DNA of 32,000 nucleotides from Candidatus Saccharimonadota bacterium (GTDB lineage Bacteria; Bacteroidota; Bacteroidia; Cytophagales; Amoebophilaceae): NCBI RefSeq assembly GCF_003351905.1, contig NZ_CP022339.1, positions 420,001 to 452,000 of the forward strand, read 5' to 3'. Shown piece by piece: positions 26,392 to 32,000 of this stretch (position 1 is its first letter; each line of letters starts with the position of its first letter). The notes under the pieces were generated by a model. It saw only the letters and a program-made list of their open reading frames with translations, ran no database searches and was not told where the DNA came from. The position numbers and the translations under genes were made by a program.

Positions 26392-27939
26392 GTGGGTAAC
26401 GAATTGATAATTAATAGTACGGATAATAATTGTAGAATAGCACTGCTAAAAGATGGAAATCTTTTTGAATATCAAGTAGAAAAAGAAGACAATAAATTCA
26501 AAGTAGGAGATATTTATCTGGGTGTTATTAAAAAAGTAGTCCCCAGTTTAAATGCAAGTTTTGTGGATGTAGGGTACAAAAAAGATGCTTTTTTGCATTA
26601 TTTGGATCTTGGTCCACAATTCAATTCTTTGAAAAAAGCGATTCAATTTGTGCGGCATCAGCAGGGCAATGTAAAGCATCTAGCCACCTTTGTAGTTGAG
26701 CCATCCATAGACAAACTTGGTAAAATTGGGGATCTACTGACAAAAGGGCAAGAAGTATTGGTTCAGATTGTCAAGGAGCCTATTTCAAGTAAGGGCCCTC
26801 GTATAGCTTCCGAATTGACTTTACCGGGTCGTTATATGATCCTCATACCCTTTGTAGATACGATTAGTATTTCCAAAAAGATTACCAATGCTGAAGAGCG
26901 CGATCGGCTACATCGTTTAATTGCTTCCATTAAGCCTAAAAATTTTGGTGTCATTGTGCGTACTGTAGCCAAAGGCATTGATGTGGCCACATTAGACAGG
27001 GATCTGAAAGACCTTATCGACAAGTGGAAAAAGGGGATAGAGCAATTAGCCGCTGCGTTACCCGGCGAAAAAGTAATAGGAGAAGTAAATAGGGCCTATA
27101 CTATTTTACGGGATATGCTCAATGAGTCTTTTGACAGTATTGTGGTGGATGACCAGCTCCTTTATACTGAAATAAAACAATATATACATACTATTGCACC
27201 TGATAAGGAGAAAATTCTTAAATTCCATCAAGGTAAGATCAAGCTATTTGAACAATTGGGCATAGAGCGGCAGTTGAAAACACTTTTTGGTCAAACGGTT
27301 GGCATAGAGGGGGGCGGTTATTTAGTGATTGAGCATACGGAAGCCATGCATGTCATTGATGTGAACAGCGGGAATAGAGCGGTGGACGAAGAAGGGAACA
27401 TGGCTTTAAACGTTAATTTAGCTGCTGCACAAGAAATTGCACGGCAGCTGCGTTTACGGGACATGGGCGGGATTATAGTTGTGGATTTTATAGATATTAA
27501 AGACATAGAGGACCGCAAGCTCCTTTATCAAAAGATGAAGGAGCTTATGAAAGAAGATCGTGCTAAAACTTCTGTTTTACCCCTGTCAAAGTTTAGCATC
27601 ATGCAAATCACACGCCAGCGGGTGCGTCCAGAAATGAATGTAGTCACCAGAGAGCTTTGCCCATCTTGTAATGGAACAGGCAAGATTGATGCCTCTATAT
27701 TGGTTTCAGAAAGAATTGAAGAAAGCTTACGTTTTGTTTTAATGAATCAAAATGAAAAAGGAATAAGGCTTTTGGTACATCCTTATCTTTATGCCTATTT
27801 TACGAAAAATCTGATTTCTAAACGATTGAAATGGTTCTTAAAATATGGTAGATGGGTGACCTTGGTGGAAGATTCCTCTATGGCGATCACAGATTATAAA
27901 CTGGTCAATCAAAATCAAGAAGAAATAGAACTCCATTAG
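26392..27939 (+). CDS. rng: Ribonuclease G/E family endoribonuclease
   Basis: The 515-aa ORF has an S1 domain N-terminus (GDIYLGVIKKVVPSLNASFVDVG), the catalytic region (VIDVNSG), GGIIVVDFIDI, and the CPSCNGTG zinc link. The start is a GTG. Confidence 0.93.
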   Translation: MGNELIINSTDNNCRIALLKDGNLFEYQVEKEDNKFKVGDIYLGVIKKVVPSLNASFVDVGYKKDAFLHYLDLGPQFNSLKKAIQFVRHQQGNVKHLATFVVEPSIDKLGKIGDLLTKGQEVLVQIVKEPISSKGPRIASELTLPGRYMILIPFVDTISISKKITNAEERDRLHRLIASIKPKNFGVIVRTVAKGIDVATLDRDLKDLIDKWKKGIEQLAAALPGEKVIGEVNRAYTILRDMLNESFDSIVVDDQLLYTEIKQYIHTIAPDKEKILKFHQGKIKLFEQLGIERQLKTLFGQTVGIEGGGYLVIEHTEAMHVIDVNSGNRAVDEEGNMALNVNLAAAQEIARQLRLRDMGGIIVVDFIDIKDIEDRKLLYQKMKELMKEDRAKTSVLPLSKFSIMQITRQRVRPEMNVVTRELCPSCNGTGKIDASILVSERIEESLRFVLMNQNEKGIRLLVHPYLYAYFTKNLISKRLKWFLKYGRWVTLVEDSSMAITDYKLVNQNQEEIELH

Positions 27940-27962
27940 TGCTTTTTTATATTATTATCTTG

Positions 27963-28001
27963 AATAGACTTGGCTGGCTACTAAGCTAAGTCTATTTTTT
28001 T
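27963..28001 (+). terminator. Rho-independent terminator downstream of rng
   Basis: A 9-bp stem (aatagactt/aagtctatt) is followed by a T-run and lies 24 nt after the rng stop. Confidence 0.6.
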
Positions 28002-28316
28002 ATTGCCTTTTAATGGCGTAAAACAGAATATATATATGCGACTTTTTACCTGCTTGCAAACCACTGCTCAGCCAGCTGGCCCTATATAAACTTGTATAAT
28101 TCACAAGGAACCATTACATTAATATTAAGCAGAAAAGGGATTTAAATTGATCTAAGGCATCAAGCAAGCGATCCTTTTTGAGGAGGCATGGCGGGTAATA
28201 AACCATAGATCTACATTATTTTTTGCTTCTTATCAGCTTGTAATAACCAGTTGAATAAAGTATAAAAAAGGTAATGATGCTAAGAAATATAGCGCGATGA
28301 ACAATAAAAATTAATT

Positions 28317-29624
28317 ATGGAGCGCATGAAGCTACCTAAATGTAGTATAACCCCTATTTTAATAAGCACTTTTAGCTTTCTACTTTGCTTATCTATAAAT
28401 GCCCATGCAGGGCGTATAAAAAGTACGGCAGCCAAAAACTCCTCTGCAATCCTACAAAAGATAGCTGAGTTTTGCAAGCAAAATAGCCTTAAAAAAATAA
28501 AAAAAAACAAAAACTTTGCGAATCAAGCAGTATATCAGCTGCAACAGGCCGCAACCGGCGGTTTATCCAAACAAATATGGCACAACATTAACCTTATACC
28601 TTATTTGCAACAAGCCAACACCCAGATAAATAGCGATTCCTCTGTCATTGCCCTTGCTACCAAAGGATCCCTTTTACCACATCACAACAACCCGTTGAAT
28701 GAAGTAGCTGCAGACACGTTATTGGAAGAATTGCTGGGTGTTCACACATTTATTCAGTCCACTACACCTGAGCAGGTATCAAGCAGATGGGCGAACTTTT
28801 CATTTGATTGCAGCATAGGCCTTGGGGCTGTTTTTTACACCAATCAATTGGAGCAGATCCATTTACTGCAAAGGAAAAAAGGTAATTACTTTTTTATAAC
28901 CCAGACAAATGAAGTATACAAACCCAATTGGTTCCACGATACATTAGATCAAGTCCGTGGCTTTAATCGATCTAATCATACTGCATATGGTAGGGTTACC
29001 AACACAGCATTTCAAGGCAAAGGATTGGGGTTACCTATTACATTAGGGATACAGTATATTTGCTGGAAACAGCTGTTTGTAGGTATTGGCAGAGAAATGC
29101 TCTTTAATAGGACTGATAAATTGATCCACAATGATGACGATATAACGTATAAGGCATACATTTTGCATAAAAAATGGTCCACGCAGGGCAGATGGTTTGT
29201 TAAATGTGGCTGGTATATGTTTAGCGATCAAAAACATCGATTTTTTGGAGACATGCGCCTATTCTATGTCCAACACTTGGGCCATATATTCTCTAAACTG
29301 GTCACCTTTGGTCCCTACTTACATCAAGCATTGGCCTATAATTTGGGATTAGGGTATGAGCGGCAGTTTACAGATTACCTTTCATGCATTATGCGCCTTT
29401 CTATGGAAAAGCAAAAATTTAAACAATTTACCGATACAAAATCCCATGATTATAATATTCAGTATAAACAGCCAGCGCTTTATCTACAAGTGGGACTTTC
29501 TATACGGCCTATAAAATATACCCCCTATAAGACTCTAAAGTGCAAAGAACGCCAGTGTAAGGATAATACATTAAATGACATAACCAAACTAGAAGGTCTC
29601 CAAGAGTTGCTAGAGGCAGATTAG
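28317..29624 (+). CDS. Hypothetical secreted or outer-membrane protein (no recognisable family)
   Basis: The 435-aa ORF has an N-terminal signal peptide (..FLLCLSINAHA) and alternating aromatic and hydrophilic beta-strand-like segments in its C-terminal half. Confidence 0.55.
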   Translation: MERMKLPKCSITPILISTFSFLLCLSINAHAGRIKSTAAKNSSAILQKIAEFCKQNSLKKIKKNKNFANQAVYQLQQAATGGLSKQIWHNINLIPYLQQANTQINSDSSVIALATKGSLLPHHNNPLNEVAADTLLEELLGVHTFIQSTTPEQVSSRWANFSFDCSIGLGAVFYTNQLEQIHLLQRKKGNYFFITQTNEVYKPNWFHDTLDQVRGFNRSNHTAYGRVTNTAFQGKGLGLPITLGIQYICWKQLFVGIGREMLFNRTDKLIHNDDDITYKAYILHKKWSTQGRWFVKCGWYMFSDQKHRFFGDMRLFYVQHLGHIFSKLVTFGPYLHQALAYNLGLGYERQFTDYLSCIMRLSMEKQKFKQFTDTKSHDYNIQYKQPALYLQVGLSIRPIKYTPYKTLKCKERQCKDNTLNDITKLEGLQELLEAD

Positions 29625-29814
29625 TTACGCTGTACAAATATTGTTTATAACCGTAATATTTATTATAATGGAGCTAATTATCTGATATTGTATTTTGCCT
29701 AAAGCAGCAAGGCTATTGGTTAGGTAGGTCGCTAGCTTTTTACGCCCTTCTTGCAAGAGAGGCTTAGACAGGAGGATAATTGTAAACTATATAATTTTTT
29801 TAACCTATTTTGCT

Positions 29815-31083
29815 ATGAAAATTAAAATCGCGTTACTTGGCTTATTTTTTGCCAATAGTATAACAATAGACCCTATATATGCTGATCAATATGACTTCCA
29901 ATTAGAAGCAGATGAGGTAGATGGTGCACCATTGGTAGAGCAGGATGTTTTAGAAGCAAAAGAGGCAGCAAAGGATGCCACTAAAACTGAACAGCTCATA
30001 AAGGTGGGTGCTACGGTTACGATGGGTCCTTCTGTTATATATCAAGATGAAGCATTCTCTACTGAAAACAGCCTAGCTGCACAACTAAAATTTAGTGCAG
30101 ATGTGCCAAAAGCTTGGTGTAATAAGGAGGCAAAAGTTTCTATAGGCACTAGTTGGAAAGGAAAAGAATTCAAGATTAAAAATGCTGCTGTAATCATTGG
30201 GAAGATGGTAACAATGGGTTATACTTCTACTATTTTTGGTTATGAAAAAGCAGATAGTTCCTTGCTTATATCGCCAAGTGTAACTGTATTGCAATTAAAG
30301 CATGCGTATAGTTTTGATTGCTTTCGATTCGGCTATGCGATTGAAAGGCCCCTTGCATTAAAAGTGGGATGTTTTGATAAAAATCACTCAGAAGAACAAG
30401 ATAATGACGAAAAAGAGAAGAGTCGCGTAAATAAATGGGACAAACTAGACGATAAAAAACGTCCTGTTCAGACTAAAGATCGTATTCCAGCCTTTGGCAT
30501 TAATGTAGGGATTGTTACAGATCAGTGGAATATTGGTCTAAGTGGCTTGGGTCGCTTGACAGATTATACACATGGTACACATGAGAAAGACGCAAAAACA
30601 CATTACTTTCTTTCTGGGGGTGGCCATCTAGGCATTCAGTATGAGATACCTAAGCAATTTACATTTAGCATGCAGGGTGCTTATGTGTATGGTTTGGGTG
30701 ATTACCTACCAGGGCCCGCAGCCATTCAAGATGATAAAGAACGCGAAGAAATGTGTGCAGCCTATTATATAGATAAGGAAAAAGATACACTGTATGCGAT
30801 AAGTGCACTTGGAGGAGGACTTATGTTAGCGTACTGTGCAACACCTAAGTGGACACTCTCTATAAGAGGATCTTATCTAAGCACACTAGAAAACGAGGAA
30901 GAGCACAAGCCCGCTCAAGCTTTTAAATATCAGTATAATATAGTGCCAACCGTTGCCTATGAAGTCAACAAATATTTTACGCTTTCTGGTGGATATAGTC
31001 TCATAAAAGAAGGGAGACAAAAAGAGGGAAAAGATAAAGACATGGAGCATAAATGGTCTGGGTGCATAAAGTTTAGCTTGTAA
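29815..31083 (+). CDS. Hypothetical outer membrane beta-barrel (porin-like) protein
   Basis: The 422-aa ORF has the signal peptide MKIKIALLGLFFANS, repeated G/Y-rich amphipathic strands, and a charged low-complexity insert (EEQDNDEKEKSR...). Confidence 0.55.
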   Translation: MKIKIALLGLFFANSITIDPIYADQYDFQLEADEVDGAPLVEQDVLEAKEAAKDATKTEQLIKVGATVTMGPSVIYQDEAFSTENSLAAQLKFSADVPKAWCNKEAKVSIGTSWKGKEFKIKNAAVIIGKMVTMGYTSTIFGYEKADSSLLISPSVTVLQLKHAYSFDCFRFGYAIERPLALKVGCFDKNHSEEQDNDEKEKSRVNKWDKLDDKKRPVQTKDRIPAFGINVGIVTDQWNIGLSGLGRLTDYTHGTHEKDAKTHYFLSGGGHLGIQYEIPKQFTFSMQGAYVYGLGDYLPGPAAIQDDKEREEMCAAYYIDKEKDTLYAISALGGGLMLAYCATPKWTLSIRGSYLSTLENEEEHKPAQAFKYQYNIVPTVAYEVNKYFTLSGGYSLIKEGRQKEGKDKDMEHKWSGCIKFSL

Positions 31084-31105
31084 GATTTGTACACCTTAAT
31101 GCTTA

Positions 31106-31172
31106 ATAAAAGCTATACCCAACCAGCTCAGTTTGTCATAATATAACCAATGATGACAAACTGAGCTGGTTG
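31106..31172 (+). other. 27-bp perfect inverted repeat (strong hairpin), a possible terminator or repeat element
   Basis: The arms are ctatacccaaccagctcagtttgtcat and atgacaaactgagctggttgggtatag, separated by a 13-nt loop. It lies 23 nt after the stop of the preceding CDS and has no trailing T-run. Confidence 0.5.
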
Positions 31173-31257
31173 GGTATAGATAATGTCCTCCTAGCTCGCT
31201 TCAAGAGATCAGGCAATAAGGATAGGGATAAATAATATCATAATATAATATATTGGT

Positions 31258-31941
31258 ATGAATGCAAACAAAATAAAAGCTGCCATTATCTTGAGTATAG
31301 GCTTGGTGGTGAGTAGTATGATCTTTAGCTTAGCATTTTGCTATGTTCGCTCAAAATCTGTAGCCTATATGAGCGTAAAAGGGCTTGCAGAGCGGGAGGT
31401 AGATGCCAATGTAGGTATATGGACTATTAGGTTTGAAGCAGTAGATGATAATTTAGAACAAGTTAATGCACAAATTATAAAGCAAACAGAAATATTGGTT
31501 GCCTTTCTAAAACAGAAAGGATTTGTAGATAAAGAAATTATCTATGGCACTCCTGAGTTACGTGACCATGGGAAACATGATTTAAAACGCTGTAGGTATT
31601 CCACCAGCATGGAAGTCATCGTACATACACCAAATATATTTTTAGTCTATGAAACGGTACAAAAATCTCACGAACTAGTGAAAATGGGGGTTTGCTTAAC
31701 GTACCACTGGAATGGGCCAGCTAAATTTATCTTTACAGATTTAAATGTAATTAAGCCATCCATGATTCAAGAGGCCACTATAAATGCAAAAAAAGCTGCG
31801 CATCAACTTGCCACTGATTCAGATGTTCGTTTAGGAATGGTACGTAGAGCCACTCAAGGTGTTTTTTCTATAGAGGATACCCATATACCTACCAAAAAAA
31901 AGGTACGTGTAGTGACCCAAATGGAATACACTATTCAATAA
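31258..31941 (+). CDS. SIMPL (DUF541) domain protein with an N-terminal membrane anchor
   Basis: The 227-aa ORF contains VKGLAEREVDANVGIWTIRF near the N-terminus and KKVRVVTQMEYTI at the C-terminus, matching the SIMPL/DUF541 family pattern. Confidence 0.8.
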   Translation: MNANKIKAAIILSIGLVVSSMIFSLAFCYVRSKSVAYMSVKGLAEREVDANVGIWTIRFEAVDDNLEQVNAQIIKQTEILVAFLKQKGFVDKEIIYGTPELRDHGKHDLKRCRYSTSMEVIVHTPNIFLVYETVQKSHELVKMGVCLTYHWNGPAKFIFTDLNVIKPSMIQEATINAKKAAHQLATDSDVRLGMVRRATQGVFSIEDTHIPTKKKVRVVTQMEYTIQ

Positions 31942-32000
31942 CGATACCTACTCAGGTTGCTAGTTTGTGGCTTAGATACCATTTTTTAATTGATAAAATT

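Noticed and set aside
1-32000. A search for CRISPR arrays, rRNA, tmRNA, RNase P RNA, IS elements and toxin-antitoxin or defence gene pairs.
   Set aside because: I saw no regularly spaced direct repeats, no conserved rRNA, tmRNA or RNase P signature strings, and no ORFs with transposase, nuclease or defence motifs.

Overview
The window appears to be a core, probably origin-proximal chromosomal segment from a low-GC Bacteroidota genome. The Bacteroidota assignment rests on a DUF5683 gene after parAB, a free-standing HsdR_N-domain protein, an M23-bactofilin pair, FabV, PnuC and a bS22-like micro-ORF. The long non-coding spacers and one frameshifted gene would fit a host-associated Cytophagia or Amoebophilaceae-like lineage, but that is only a guess without a database search. 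Housekeeping genes I recognise are: a metal ABC permease, an HsdR_N protein, htpG, DUF5683, parB, parA, mnmG, ndk, lipB, an HTH protein, rsmA, a sodium:solute symporter, fabV, bactofilin, an M23 peptidase, tRNA-Val(GAC), tRNA-Leu(GAG), recA, an Omp85-family barrel, pnuC, RNase G/E and a SIMPL protein. Three features absent from the ORF track are an SRP (4.5S) RNA at about 1.53-1.63 kb (-), a 31-aa bS22-like basic peptide ORF at 26192-26287 (+), and a perfect 16-bp parS site at 8883-8898. The most unusual content falls into three groups. (1) A tandem array of five lineage-specific small paralogs lies at 17987-20897 (-), between the tRNA pair and recA. Each has a lipoprotein-type signal and one internal TM helix. 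The leaders are conserved, one copy is frameshifted in a homopolymer tract, and the C-terminal tails are strikingly rich in N-X-S/T sequons. (2) A dispersed family of structured intergenic repeats is present, and two long copies show stem-preserving substitutions. (3) A 1.2-kb gene-free spacer at 9582-10790 carries DnaA-box matches next to parS/parAB/mnmG and is a candidate oriC. I saw no CRISPR array, rRNA, transposase or integrase.
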